64,000 bases of DNA, taken from an uncultured Actinomycetes bacterium (GTDB lineage: Bacteria; Actinomycetota; Coriobacteriia; Anaerosomatales; CAMTYE01). The stretch covers positions 40,878 to 104,877 of the forward strand of contig CAMTYE010000001.1 of NCBI GenBank assembly GCA_947085935.1, written 5' to 3'. Positions 11,059 to 22,300 of this stretch are shown in pieces (within the stretch, counting starts at the first letter, position 1; each line of letters begins with the position of its first letter). A model generated the notes under the pieces. It had not been told where the DNA came from. It searched no databases and saw nothing but the letters and a program-made list of their open reading frames with translations. A program made the translations under genes and the position numbers.

Positions 11059-12602
11059 GCCCGAGTATCGCTGTGGTCATGATCGCGACTCTTGCGGGAC
11101 TGGCGGCGACGTGGCCTGTCCGGCGTGCGCTCGGTCCGGTGGCCTGGAACCTGGCGGGCGGCACGGTCGGCCTTCTCGCCTGGACCACGCCTGCACTCGC
11201 GGCGACCCTGGCGGGCACCGGCTGGAGCGTCGCGCTCGTGGCGGGTTCGCTCGCCGCGTTCGTGGGCGTCGGGGTGCGCCTGTCCCGCAGTGCGGGCGGA
11301 CATGCATCGGCAGCCGGGGTCGCCGGCGGAGACGCGCATCGCTACGTGCTCGCGGCGGCCGTGCATCTGGCGGTCGTCGGCACGGTAGGCGGGCTTATCG
11401 TGGCCAGCGGGCTGACGGCCTTGTCGTTCGACAGTTTCGCGGAACTCGAGCCGGCAGGCTGGAGGATCCTGGCGGACGGACTGGTTCCCTGGATCGTGGC
11501 CTGGCGCGGTGCGATGGCACCGGCGCTGCACGCCGCGGATCTCTTCATGGGCGGGGAATGGCCCGTAGCCGTCTACCCCGCGATCGCGCTCTACGTGATC
11601 GGGTGGCTCGCCTACGGTGCGAACCTCGCCGCCTGTTCGTTGTGGCCGGATTCCTCGCCGAGGACCCGGTATGCGCTCGCGACACTGGTCGTCGGGCTGC
11701 TCGGTTCGACGACCGCATTCCTCTTCAACGCACTCTATGTCCATACGCACATGCTCACCGCGCTCATGATGCTGGCTGCCGTCGTATGCATGTTGGCTGC
11801 GGCGCACGGGCCGGCTGGCGCAAAGGACGCATGGATGCTCGTGGCCGGGTGCGCAGCGCTCGGTGTGGTCCTCGCGCGTCCGGACGGCCTCGCCTACGTC
11901 GTCGTACTGCACATCGGGCTCGGCTGGATGTGGCTGCGAGGCTTGATTCCCGATCGAGCCGTCATCCGGTACTGGGTCGTTGTCCTGGGGGGAGGAACGC
12001 TGTCCCTGGGTGTTCTCGTGGGCAGGTTCGGTCTGTTCGAAGGCGGTGCTCGACTCTCGGCGGTTGCGATGGTGGCTGCGCTTGCCGGGTCGTGGATCGT
12101 GGCGGCATGCTTCCTGTCGCTGTCGCGGTTGCCCGGGATCAAGCAGCGGCTTGCGATGCCGCTGGTCGCGGTAGGCCTTCTCGCGCTAGGGGATGCAGCT
12201 CTCCTGGCGGCAGCGTGCGTAAGCGCACCGCGCAACGCCGAGGTGGCGCTACAGAACTGGATCACCAACGCCCTGGAGACGGGCGGGTACAACTCGCTGT
12301 GGATCTGGGCGGCAGCCGTCCTGGGGGTGGCACTCGTCCTCGTCATGCGTGGAGCGTTCCGGGCACGCCCGTACTGGCTCGTCCTGCCGCTCGCCTCACT
12401 TCAGTTCGCGGCAACTGCGGCACTCGTCCATGTAGTCGCTCACCCCGGCCGGCTTCAGTGGTACGATTCGCTCAACAGGGTGATGTTCCATGTGGCGCCG
12501 CTCGTGTTCCTGCTGTTCGCGGCATGTGTAGCCAGCCTCGCCAGCTCCCGGCGCGAGGGCATCACCGCCGAAGCTGTCATGCAGAGAAGCTCAGCAGGCT
12601 GA
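11055..12602 (+). CDS. Multi-pass membrane protein, possibly GT-C-type glycosyltransferase
   Basis: Many TM segments, SFDS loop and LARPDGLAY motif reminiscent of GT-C enzymes; family assignment tentative. Confidence 0.55.
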   Translation: MSPSIAVVMIATLAGLAATWPVRRALGPVAWNLAGGTVGLLAWTTPALAATLAGTGWSVALVAGSLAAFVGVGVRLSRSAGGHASAAGVAGGDAHRYVLAAAVHLAVVGTVGGLIVASGLTALSFDSFAELEPAGWRILADGLVPWIVAWRGAMAPALHAADLFMGGEWPVAVYPAIALYVIGWLAYGANLAACSLWPDSSPRTRYALATLVVGLLGSTTAFLFNALYVHTHMLTALMMLAAVVCMLAAAHGPAGAKDAWMLVAGCAALGVVLARPDGLAYVVVLHIGLGWMWLRGLIPDRAVIRYWVVVLGGGTLSLGVLVGRFGLFEGGARLSAVAMVAALAGSWIVAACFLSLSRLPGIKQRLAMPLVAVGLLALGDAALLAAACVSAPRNAEVALQNWITNALETGGYNSLWIWAAAVLGVALVLVMRGAFRARPYWLVLPLASLQFAATAALVHVVAHPGRLQWYDSLNRVMFHVAPLVFLLFAACVASLASSRREGITAEAVMQRSSAG

Positions 12603-12615
12603 CTCCCACAAGTCC

Positions 12616-13140
12616 GTGACCTACGACATGGCCGGCGCCTGCCCGGAGTGCTGGATCGGCAGGCGGCAGAAGGCCGCGTTCAGGATGCGAGGCGAGCCCA
12701 AGTGGGGCCGGAAGGGCATCCTGCAGATGAACTGGGTGTTCGACGAGTTCTTCGTCCCTCCGGCTGTCTACGATGAGGTCTTCGCGCCGTTCGGGGTGGG
12801 CGGCCGTCACGTGGAGTCGGGTGCGGGCCGCAAGCTCGAGACGGTGGTCCAACTCGTGGTCGACGAGCTCGCCGACGTGGAGGTGACCGGCTGCGGCTCA
12901 TGGGAGTGTCCGGGGTGCGGGAGAGCCATCTTATGGCCGGTGGTCCGCGGACCGTTCCCCTCGCTTGTGCAAGAGCCTGCCGGAGCCATGGTCCACACTA
13001 GACAGTTCATCAGCGGCGGAGGCACGGCATATCGTCGGGTACTCGTGCGAGCCGACCTTGCGCAAGCCATGAGGGAAGCGGGTCTGCGCAGCGCGTTGTA
13101 CAAACCGGTCGCAAAGAGCGGCGGGTGTATGCCGGGCTAG
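12616..13140 (+). CDS. Hypothetical protein with two CxxC motifs (possibly N-terminally truncated)
   Basis: CPEC and CPGC; no obvious RBS. Confidence 0.5.
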   Translation: MTYDMAGACPECWIGRRQKAAFRMRGEPKWGRKGILQMNWVFDEFFVPPAVYDEVFAPFGVGGRHVESGAGRKLETVVQLVVDELADVEVTGCGSWECPGCGRAILWPVVRGPFPSLVQEPAGAMVHTRQFISGGGTAYRRVLVRADLAQAMREAGLRSALYKPVAKSGGCMPG

Positions 13141-13556
13141 CGTAGCGCGTCTACCACATCCGCGAACGCCGCAGGCGCCAGTATGTGGAGTTCGAAACCC
13201 TCGAGCCCGAGCAGGTGCGTGTCGCCCGACACGACGACGTCTGCCCCAGAGCACCGGGCGAGGGCGAGTACCACGTCGTCATCAGCGTCCGGCGAGACCG
13301 CCGGCACGTCGGCCGGGTCGGCATCGATGATCGCCACGCGACTGAGCCATGCGACATACGCGGCAGCGACGTCTGCAGGAACCCTCCTGGCGATCTTGGG
13401 TCGAACCAGAACGCTCTCGAGTTCGGTGAGGAGCGCCGGGCACAGGACCGCATCGTAGATGCCGTCGGATAGTGCTTGAACCAACCGGGCGGGGGCACCG
13501 TTCCGTGCCAGAACGGCCGCGATGTAGACATTGGTGTCGAGGACAGCTCGGATCAC
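13137..13556 (-). CDS. PIN-domain toxin (VapC-like, PIN_3/TIGR00305 type)
   Basis: VLDTNV, E...VL.RPK, DADDD.VL.LA, VVSGD.HLL; GTG start overlaps antitoxin stop. Confidence 0.88.
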   Translation of the reverse strand: MIRAVLDTNVYIAAVLARNGAPARLVQALSDGIYDAVLCPALLTELESVLVRPKIARRVPADVAAAYVAWLSRVAIIDADPADVPAVSPDADDDVVLALARCSGADVVVSGDTHLLGLEGFELHILAPAAFADVVDALR

Positions 13557-13783
13557 TCGGCGCCGGACCGGAAGCGGTGGACTTCGTCGACTGCGAGGCG
13601 GAGTGCGTCTTCTTGGCAGAGGTCGGCGTTGGCCCACGCGCGATCGAGTACCTCCATCCCCAGGTAGGAGCGCAGTGCGTCCTCAAGCACCTGGTAGTCC
13701 TTCTTGCCGGTGCGCGCAGCCATCACGCGGGCGCCGCGCAAGACGTCTTCTTCCAGATAGACCGTTGTCTTCTTCTTGACCAT
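13553..13783 (-). CDS. Ribbon-helix-helix antitoxin
   Basis: KKTTVYLEEDVLR..RV.AA beta-alpha-alpha pattern; 76 aa; immediately upstream of PIN gene. Confidence 0.8.
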   Translation of the reverse strand: MVKKKTTVYLEEDVLRGARVMAARTGKKDYQVLEDALRSYLGMEVLDRAWANADLCQEDALRLAVDEVHRFRSGAE

Positions 13784-13787
13784 GATG

Positions 13788-13799
13788 CCATTGTGATGG
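13788..13799. promoter_or_regulatory. Putative TA autoregulatory operator overlapping a leaderless promoter
   Basis: CCAT-N4-ATGG inverted repeat 4 nt upstream of antitoxin ATG, overlapping minus-strand CACAAT. Confidence 0.4.
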
Positions 13800-13957
13800 A
13801 AAAACGGAAAAAGGCAAGTGGTAGCCGGCAGCAGCGGTTTTCCTCGGCAGGCCCGAGCGGGCCTGGCTCCGCTGCGCGCGCCTCTCGGGTATCATTGGGA
13901 CGTCCATTCTGGCGCCCTCGTCGCGCCTCGCCCCGAAACCGGGAGGAACAACCGCTC

Positions 13958-14260
13958 ATGGCGATCTCCGAAGAGCAGGTGCGCCACGTTGCGCTGCTCG
14001 CGCGCCTCGCACTGACCGACGACCAAGTCGTGGCGCTCCGCGAGGATCTCAACTCCGTCCTCGGTCATATCGATACGATTCAGCAGCTCGATCTCGAAGG
14101 TGTGGAGCCCACGGCCCACCCGCTCGATGTCGTCAACGTCATGCGGGCCGACGTGGTCAAGCCCACGCTCCCGCGCGATCGCGCGCTGCTCAACGCACCG
14201 GACTCTGACGGCACCGCGTTCAAGATCCCGCAGATCGTCGGGCCGGGTGAGGACTCGTGA
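13958..14260 (+). CDS. gatC: Asp/Glu-tRNA amidotransferase subunit C
   Basis: ISEEQVRHVALLARL...L.NAP......FK.P.I; GGAGG RBS; precedes gatA. Confidence 0.93.
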   Translation: MAISEEQVRHVALLARLALTDDQVVALREDLNSVLGHIDTIQQLDLEGVEPTAHPLDVVNVMRADVVKPTLPRDRALLNAPDSDGTAFKIPQIVGPGEDS

Positions 14261-15744
14261 GCATCGACATCTCCCGTCTTAACGCCGCCACGATCCGCGA
14301 GGGAGTGGCGACCGGCGAGTTCTCGGCTCGCGAGGTCACCCGTGCCGCGCTCGACCGCATCGACGAGGTCGAGGAGCGCCTGCACGCGTTCAACCAGGTC
14401 ACCTCCGATCTCGCGCTCGAATCGGCCGATCGCATCGACGCGATGCGTGCCGCAGGCGAGGAGCTGCCGCCGCTCGCGGGCGTGCCGGCCGGCCTCAAGG
14501 ACAACATGAATCTCATCGGCACGCGCACGACCTGCTCGGCCAAGATCCTCGCGGACTACGAAAGCGTCTACGACTGCACCGCCGTGCGCCGTCTGCTCGA
14601 TGCCGGTGCGATCCCGGTGGGCAAGTGCAACATGGACGAGTTCGCGTTCGGGTCTTCGACCGAGAACTCCGCCACCGGCCCCACCCGCAACCCCTGGGAC
14701 CTGGAGCGTGTTCCGGGTGGCAGTTCGGGTGGCAGCGCTGCGTGCGTGAGCGCCGGGCAGGTCGCGATCTCGCTCGGCAGCGACACTGGCGGCTCGATCC
14801 GCCAGCCCGGCTCGCTCACGGGCACCGTCGCCGTCAAGCCCACCTACGGGCGCGTCTCGCGCTACGGCATCGTGGCTTTCGGTAGCTCGCTCGATCAGAT
14901 CGGGCCGTTCGGCAAGACCGTCGAGGACACCGCGATGGTGCTGCAGGCGATAGCGGGCCACGACGAGATGGACGCCACGAGCGCTGCCGAGCCCGTGCCT
15001 GACTACGTACGAGCCGCGGCAGAAGGCTCCACCGGCGGCGTCAAGGGCATGCGCGTGGGCATCGTGACCGACCTGCTCGAGGCCGAGGGCTGCGCCTCAG
15101 AGGTTCGCGACGCCGTGCATGCGGCCGCAGAGACCTTCGCATCGCTCGGTGCCGAGGTAGGCGAGGTCGAGCTCCCGAGCGCGGCTCACGGCCTCTCCGC
15201 GTACTACATCATCGGCCCGGCGGAAGCCTCCTCCAACCTCGCGCGCTTCGACGGCATACGCTACGGTCACCGCGCCGATGACCCCACCGACGTCCTCGAC
15301 CTGTACATGCGTTCTCGTGCCGAGGGATTCGGCCCGGAGAGCATCCGCCGCATCATGCTGGGCACCTACGCGCTGTCCGCCGGCTACTACGACGCCTACT
15401 ACGGCCAGGCCCAGAATGCCCGCACGCTCATCAAGCAGGACTACGCGCGCGCGTTCGCCACCTACGACGTGCTGCTGACCCCGACGTCGCCTTCGGTCGC
15501 GTTCAGGTTCGGCGAGAAGTCCGACGACCTGCTTTCGATGTACTTATCCGACATCTACACGATTCCCGTGAACCTCGCCGGTAACTGCGCGATCAGCGTT
15601 CCGACCGGACTCTGTCCCACCACCGGCATGCCGATCGGCCTGCAGATCACAGCGAACTACTTTGCCGAGGAGACCATGTTCCGGGCAGCAGCCGCCTTCG
15701 AAGCCGCAGTCGAATTCGATCCCACGCCGCCGCTGGCCCGGTAG
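14257..15744 (+). CDS. gatA: Asp/Glu-tRNA amidotransferase subunit A
   Basis: Amidase signature GGSSGGS, GSDTGGSIRQP, SSNLARFDG, RRIMLGTYALS. Confidence 0.96.
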   Translation: MSIDISRLNAATIREGVATGEFSAREVTRAALDRIDEVEERLHAFNQVTSDLALESADRIDAMRAAGEELPPLAGVPAGLKDNMNLIGTRTTCSAKILADYESVYDCTAVRRLLDAGAIPVGKCNMDEFAFGSSTENSATGPTRNPWDLERVPGGSSGGSAACVSAGQVAISLGSDTGGSIRQPGSLTGTVAVKPTYGRVSRYGIVAFGSSLDQIGPFGKTVEDTAMVLQAIAGHDEMDATSAAEPVPDYVRAAAEGSTGGVKGMRVGIVTDLLEAEGCASEVRDAVHAAAETFASLGAEVGEVELPSAAHGLSAYYIIGPAEASSNLARFDGIRYGHRADDPTDVLDLYMRSRAEGFGPESIRRIMLGTYALSAGYYDAYYGQAQNARTLIKQDYARAFATYDVLLTPTSPSVAFRFGEKSDDLLSMYLSDIYTIPVNLAGNCAISVPTGLCPTTGMPIGLQITANYFAEETMFRAAAAFEAAVEFDPTPPLAR

Positions 15745-15774
15745 TCATCGCTCGGAGGTGCCGCGGGCAATCGC

Positions 15775-16368
15775 TCAGGGCACGGCGGGTTCCGCTCCGG
15801 GCACGGCGATCACTACCGTGCGATTGTCTCCGAGCCAGCGCGGAAGACAGGTATACATGCGCAGTTCCTCGGTGGACCCCGGTGCGAGGACTTCCGTGTC
15901 GTCCGGGGTGGTCACATACTGCCGCTCTACTCGGTAGACGTGTTCGCGGCCGTTCCACCAGAGCAGAACCGGATCTCCGGGCCGCAGGCGGGACAGGAGC
16001 GCCAGGGCACGCCGGTTGCGATGCCCGGCGATCACGATACTGCCGGCCTCTCCGGGTATGCCGGTCTCCGGATGATGGTAGGCGCCGACGGACAGCGCCC
16101 TGTCAGGGTCGCCTTCGGCGACGGGCACGTCGACGGCGATTCGGGGGATGACCAGCCGGTCGCCGTCGGGTATCGCGCCTTCGTCCGAAGAGCGTGCGGA
16201 CGAGACGTAGGGCCACCGTTCACGCACGAGGCCCAGTGTCCACGACGTCTCCGGCCAGAGCTGCCAGATCGCGACGCCGATCGAGGTCGCGGCAACGAGG
16301 ACCCCGAGGGCGATCAGCGCGCGGCCGATCACCCTCGAGTGCTCACTCGTGTATGTGGTGTTACGCAC
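15775..16368 (-). CDS. Sortase (class D/E-like); start uncertain (16368 or 16332)
   Basis: N-terminal TM, LVIPRI, AGHR (His), MYTC (Cys), downstream R; directly follows giant sorting-signal protein. Confidence 0.88.
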   Translation of the reverse strand: MRNTTYTSEHSRVIGRALIALGVLVAATSIGVAIWQLWPETSWTLGLVRERWPYVSSARSSDEGAIPDGDRLVIPRIAVDVPVAEGDPDRALSVGAYHHPETGIPGEAGSIVIAGHRNRRALALLSRLRPGDPVLLWWNGREHVYRVERQYVTTPDDTEVLAPGSTEELRMYTCLPRWLGDNRTVVIAVPGAEPAVP

Positions 16369-19300
16369 TGCGAAGTCGTCTGCGGCCCTGGAGCATGAGC
16401 CATGCGGCCGCGATGAGGCCGGCCAGCACTCCGCCGATCCAGAGCCGGTCGTCGGAGCCTGTCTGCAAAAGGGTCGCATCGCCTATCTCGGGGGTTTCGG
16501 GCGAATCAGACCGCTTAGGTGCGCTCTGATCGGATCGCACGGTGGCCTGGTTCCTGATCACCGTGCCCTTGGGGAGACCGGCCTTCACGGAGCTTCGGAA
16601 CGTCAGTACGACTGACTCGTCGATTCGGAGAGTGCCGACATCCCACGCAAGGTCGGGAGCATTCGAATCATCGCCGCCGCGACCGGTGATGGACCCGCTC
16701 ACGTAGACGGTCTCGGACGGGACGGTATCGTCCACCCGTACGCGCGTCGTCGGTGTGAGCCCGGTGTTCGTGATCGTGATCGTCCACTCGATCTGATCAC
16801 CGGCCATGAGGCGTCCGCCGTTGATGTCACGACCCGTCTTGATGATCTCGATCGGGTCGACCGGGTGGTCCACTGGCCCCGCACCGGCGATCGGCTCGCC
16901 GGCGCTTGTAGCCGTGGCGTAGTTCCGAACGCCCCGGCGGGAGAACTCCTCGGCACGTATCTTGACCTGGAAGGAGATGCTGACAGTCGCATCAGGGCTC
17001 ACGTCCCCGAATGACGCGTAGATGGCGCCCTGCGGTCCGAGTCCGCCCTCGAATGCCGCTTCGTCGCCGTCGATGTCGTCCGTGAGCGGGAAGGAGGCCG
17101 CTCCACTCTCCAGCAGGATGGATCCGGCCACGTAGGTTACCGAATCGGGCAGTTCATCGAGGAACTCGACTGATGGCAGCACGACCGGAGTGCCGTTCGT
17201 GAACGTAAGCGTGTATGTCAGAACGTCGCCCGGGAGCACGATGGTGCCGGGGGCGGGGTCGGCGTCCTTGATCAGGGTCACGTCATCGATATCGTATGTG
17301 CCGACGGCTATGGTCGCGTCGACTCCGGCGGGGAAGTCGCCGAACTCATCGACGGCTGCCCCGGCGGGCACGGAGGCGGTGTTGACCGCAGAGGCGCTCG
17401 GGGCAATGGCTTCGAAAGCCACGGTCATCGTGGCCGTGCTGCCCGGTGCCATGTCGCCGAAGTGAACAGTGATGTCGTTCCAGTTCAGCGTCTCTGTGGA
17501 AACGGAGCCGGGAGCCGGCATCGCGTCGGTGAACGCCAGCGCCGAGGAGTCGAAGGTATCGACCACGGGCACGACTGCCAGCGTGGTGTCGCCGGTGTTG
17601 GTGACCGCCACGTCGTAGACGACCGGTTCGCCGAGTGCGAAGACCGGGTCCTGGCCTGCAGCGAGCGTCTTGGCGATCGAGACCGATGGTGCCGTGATGC
17701 CGATCGCAGCCGAATCGGTCACGTCCGGCGCCGGGTCGGAGTACTCATCGATCGCGCCGCTCACCGTGGCGGTGTCTGTGGTCGAGCTGACAGCGGGATG
17801 GCCGATCGCCGAGAAGGTGACGGTGACGGTCGTCGCGTCACCGATCGCGAGTGAGCCTGCACCCGTGAGGTCGATCCAATCGACGGTGCCCACCGAGGTG
17901 CTGTCGCTGGAAGGTGCGGCGCTCACGAGATCGAGGTACGCCGGATCGAACAGGTCTGTCAGCGGCAGCACATCGATGGCGGTCGTACCGGTATTGGTGA
18001 GGACGATCTCGAAGCTCACCTGCTCGCCGACCTGGATGTGCGCATCCTGTCCGGGTGCCAGGTGCTTGTCGATCGCGACCTCAGGCCGGGTCACGAGCAC
18101 GTCATCGCTGTCCGTCACGGGGCCGCGCTCCTCACCCGCACCATCATCGGCGACCGCTGAAATCCCGTTGGTCGCGACTCCGGTCGGTGCGGAGAGCTCG
18201 ACGTGTGCTTCGAAGGTGATGACCACCGTCTCGCCGGGAAGAACCTCGGTGCCGCCGAGCGACCATGTCGCCGCCGACCCGATGATGGTCGGGTCCGTGG
18301 TGGTGGTCGTGCCGGCAGAGCTGTCGACGATCACTGCGGATCCGGCGACGTAGCTGAGTCCGGTCGGCAGGGCGTCGGTGATGGCGGGGTCGAAGGCCGA
18401 CGCGTCACCGGTGTTGCTGAGCACGACGGTGAAGTGCGCATTCTGGCCGGCCTGCAGCTCCAGGTCGCCCGTCGCGAGCTTGGTGATACCCAGCCAGGGA
18501 GCCCGCGTGGTGATCGTCTCAGTGTCACTGATCGAGCCCCACGTCCACTCGTTGATGTCGGTTCCCGGAAGTGAACTGTACTCGGTCACTTCGGCCAGGT
18601 TGTCGAATGTCAGACCCGAAGCGAGGCCGCCGATCAGCGATGCCGTGTACGTGATGCGAACGACCTGGCCGCTGCCTATCGGGGCGAGCAGGTCGATAGT
18701 CGGCGCCGTACTCACCGAGAAGTCGGCGATGTAGTCCACGCCATCGGTCAGCGGTGAGCCGTCGAGCGTCACGCCGAGGAGGAGAGGGCTGCTACCGAAG
18801 GTGAGCTCCGCAGGAATCGTATCTGCCCATGCGACATCATAGGCAGCGCCCGTACCCGTGTTCGTGATGTCCACTGTGTAGGTCGTGACCTGGCCGGGGT
18901 CGAGCGTGGCGGATCCGACCGTCTTGTCGATCGTGAGGACCGGCTGCACGATGGTGACCGTCTCGGTGTCCGAGTCGTCGGCAGCGGCATCGCCGTTGAT
19001 GTCGACCACGCCGCTCACAGTGGCGGTGTCGGGGCTCGAGACCGTTTCGGCTTCGGCGCGCACGGTGACCGTCACAGTCGTGGTCTGACCGGGAGACAGG
19101 TTTCCAAGGCTGGCGGTGATATCGTCCCACGTCAGCGTACCGGCTACCGCGGTATCGGGTCCCGGATTCGCTGAGACGAACGAGACCGTTGCCGGGTCGT
19201 AGACATCGGTGAGGGGAATCACGTCGAGAACGGTGTCGCCCGTGTTGGTGACGGCCAGGTCGAACGTCGTGGTCTCACCGAGTCGCACGGTGGAAGGCTC

Positions 19301-22300
19301 GCCCGCGGATACGCTCTTGGTGATGGCTACGGCGGGCGCCGTTATGCCGATGTCCTCGGAATCGCCTACCACGGGAATCGGGTCACCGTATGCATCCGTC
19401 GCTCCGGCGACTGCCGCTGTGTTGGTCGATGCGCTCGTGGGGGGATGGGCGATTGCGGCGAACGTGACCGTGACCGTCGTCTGCTCCCCGGGCGCCAGGT
19501 CTCCGGACAGGGTCGTAAGGTCGGTCCATGATGCGCTTCCGACAGCGGTCGTGTCGGCCGAGGGGGTCGCGACGATGAATTCGAGATACGCCGGGTCGAA
19601 TGTGTCTGTCAGCGGCAGGACTGCGATCGTGGTGTCCCCCGAGTTGCTGACGACTACGTCGAACGTGACCTGTTCACCCACCTGGATGAACGGATCCTGA
19701 CCAACAGCGAGCTGCTTGCTTACGCTGGCTCCCGGCACCGTCACGAGTATGGTGGCGAGGTCCGCCGACGGCGCGATATCGACACCGCCACCGTCGGATG
19801 CGCCTGCCACGCCCGTGTTCGGCTTGATACCCACCGCAGCGGCCGGGTCGACGTTGGCATCGAACGTGAGTGTGAGGGTCTCACCCGGCAGGATCGTCGA
19901 GGGCGGGAAGGACCACACGAGTGTGGAGCCGTTGACGGCCGGATCAGCCGATGATGATCCGGCACCCGACCAGGTCGCCATCGAGGAGCCGGGAACGTAC
20001 GTGAGGCCCGCGGGGAGGGTGTCGGTGAGAACGACGCTGTAGGCGGTCGCGTCGCCGACGTTGGTGACCCGGAGCTGGAACGTGCCGTCCTGGCCATGTT
20101 GCAGCTCGGTATCCCCGATCACTGTCTTATCCAGTGAGATGACCGGGGCCTGACTCGTGATCGTCCAGCTGTCGGTGATCGGTCCGTAGACGTTCTCCTC
20201 GGGATCCGCTCCGGGCAGTGACGAAGCCACGGCGCCCGCCGTGTTGGTCAGAACTGTTCCTCCGGCCGTGCCGCCAGCCAGATCGACGGAGTACTGAAGC
20301 TCGAAGGTCTCTCCGACCTGCAGTGGAGAGGCGAGCGTTACGGCCATCATGGTCGGGGCCGAGAGGTTCGTGACGTAGTCGACCCCGGCCGCGAGGGGCA
20401 CCGAGTCGAGAGTGGCGCTGATCCCGTAGGGCGACCACAGCTCGGAGGGAACCGCGTCACCGAGCACGACATCGAACGCGGGACCGGTGCCGATGTTGGT
20501 GAGGGTCAGCGTGTAGACAGCGGTCTCGCCCGGACCCATGAGCACGCGGTCGGCCGACTTGGTGAGCGTCAGCAGCGGCTCTACCACGGTAGCGCTCGCC
20601 GTGTCGCTGTCCGGGGCAGGTGTGTCCCCGTTGATGTCGGTCGCGGACGTGATCGTCGCTGTGTTCACCGAAGAGACGGCGGCGTTGCGGCCGCGAAGGG
20701 TCACATCGACCACAACGCTGTCACCGGGAGCGATATCGCCCAGACTGGTGGTGATGTCGGTCCAGGTGAGGGTGCCCGCGGGACCGGAGCTGTCCTCGGC
20801 AGGTGTCGCCGATACGAGCTCGAACACAGAGGAATCGAAGATGTCGCTCAGCGCGAGGGCGGTGATCGTGGTGTCACCGGAGTTCGAGAGTTCGATCTCG
20901 TAGTCGACGGTGTCGCCGGCGGATACCGTCGCGTTCTGACTGGCGGCCAGACGCTTATCCACCGCCACGGAAGGCGCGGTGATTCCGATCGTCGCCGCTG
21001 ATGTCGCGGTCGGCGTAGGGTCGCCGTACTGGTCGGTCGCCGGGGAAACGGACGCGGTGTTGACGGTGCTGCTCGCGGGCGGGTGGCCGATCACGTCGAA
21101 GGTGACGGTGACGGTCGTGCTCGCACCGACGGCAAGCGAACCCGCACCGGTGAGGTCACTCCATGTCCGCAGCCCGGCGCTACTCCCGTCCGGGGCGACG
21201 GATGCGCCGGCGAAGGACAGGTACGCTGCCTCGAACGTGTCGGACAGGGGAACGATGTCCAGAATCGTCGAGCCGCTGTTGGTGACTATCAGGTCGAAGG
21301 TGACCTGCTGCCCGAACTGGACGAAGGGGTCCTGCGCAGGGGCGAGCAGCTTGAGCAGCGATATATCCGGCCGCGTGATCAGGATGTCCTGGGTGTCGCT
21401 GGACGGGGTGACCGGGAAGCCCGCTCCATCCTCGGCAGATGCTACGGTGGCGTTCGTGGCCGTTCCGAGTGAGGCGGTCGACTCGATGGATGCGCGGAAC
21501 GTGTACGTCGCCGTCTGACCGACAGCGAGGTCGAGCGCCCCGCCGAAGTCCCACACGAGCGACGGGCCCACGGCCGCAGGGTCGTCACTGAACGCGCCGA
21601 TGCCCGGCAGGATGCCCGTAGTGGATCCGGGGACGTACGTGACACCCGGGGGCAGGGTATCGGTGAGTAGCACTGAGAAGGCCGGGGCCGTGCCGGTGTT
21701 CGTGATGTCCAGTCGGAACGTCGCTTCCTGCCCGGCCTGCAGCTGTGCGTCTCCGACGACACTCTTGTCGAGAAGGACCGACGGTGCGAGCGCTGTCAGC
21801 GTGACGCTGTCGCTGACGGGGCCGCTCACGCGCTCGCCGGTTGCCGCAGACGGCAGGGAGCGGTACTCGGTGACGCGGGCGTCATTGGTGACCGGCGTAC
21901 CGTTCGGGATCCCCCCGTTGAGTCGTGCCGTGTACACGATGACTGCCGAGGAGCCCGGTGCCAGCGGCACCGCGAAATCAACCGTCGCGGTCTGATCGGT
22001 CGCGAAGTCGGCGGTGAAATCGACACCTCCGGTGAGCGGAGATCCGTCGAGGGTCACGGTCACAAGCGATGGGCTCGCCCCGGCGCTGAACAGGCTCGCG
22101 GGGATGTGGTCCAGCCAACGCATCTCGTGCGCCGTTGAAGAGCCGTCGTTCGTCACGGTCACGGTGAACGTGACCTCCTCGGCGGCACCGAGCGACGCGC
22201 GGCTCGCCGACTTGTCGATCGTCAGATGCGGTTCGACCGCCGTGATCGTCACGTCGCTCGTGGAGCTCATGGGGGTTCCCGCGACGTCAGCGGTATCCCA

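Noticed and set aside
11030-12619. 529-aa ORF, and similar long Arg/Gly-rich or antisense ORFs (e.g. 25157-26836, 27607-29172, 38078-39730, 62237-63826)
   Set aside because: Shadow frames typical of high-GC DNA, overlapping well-supported genes
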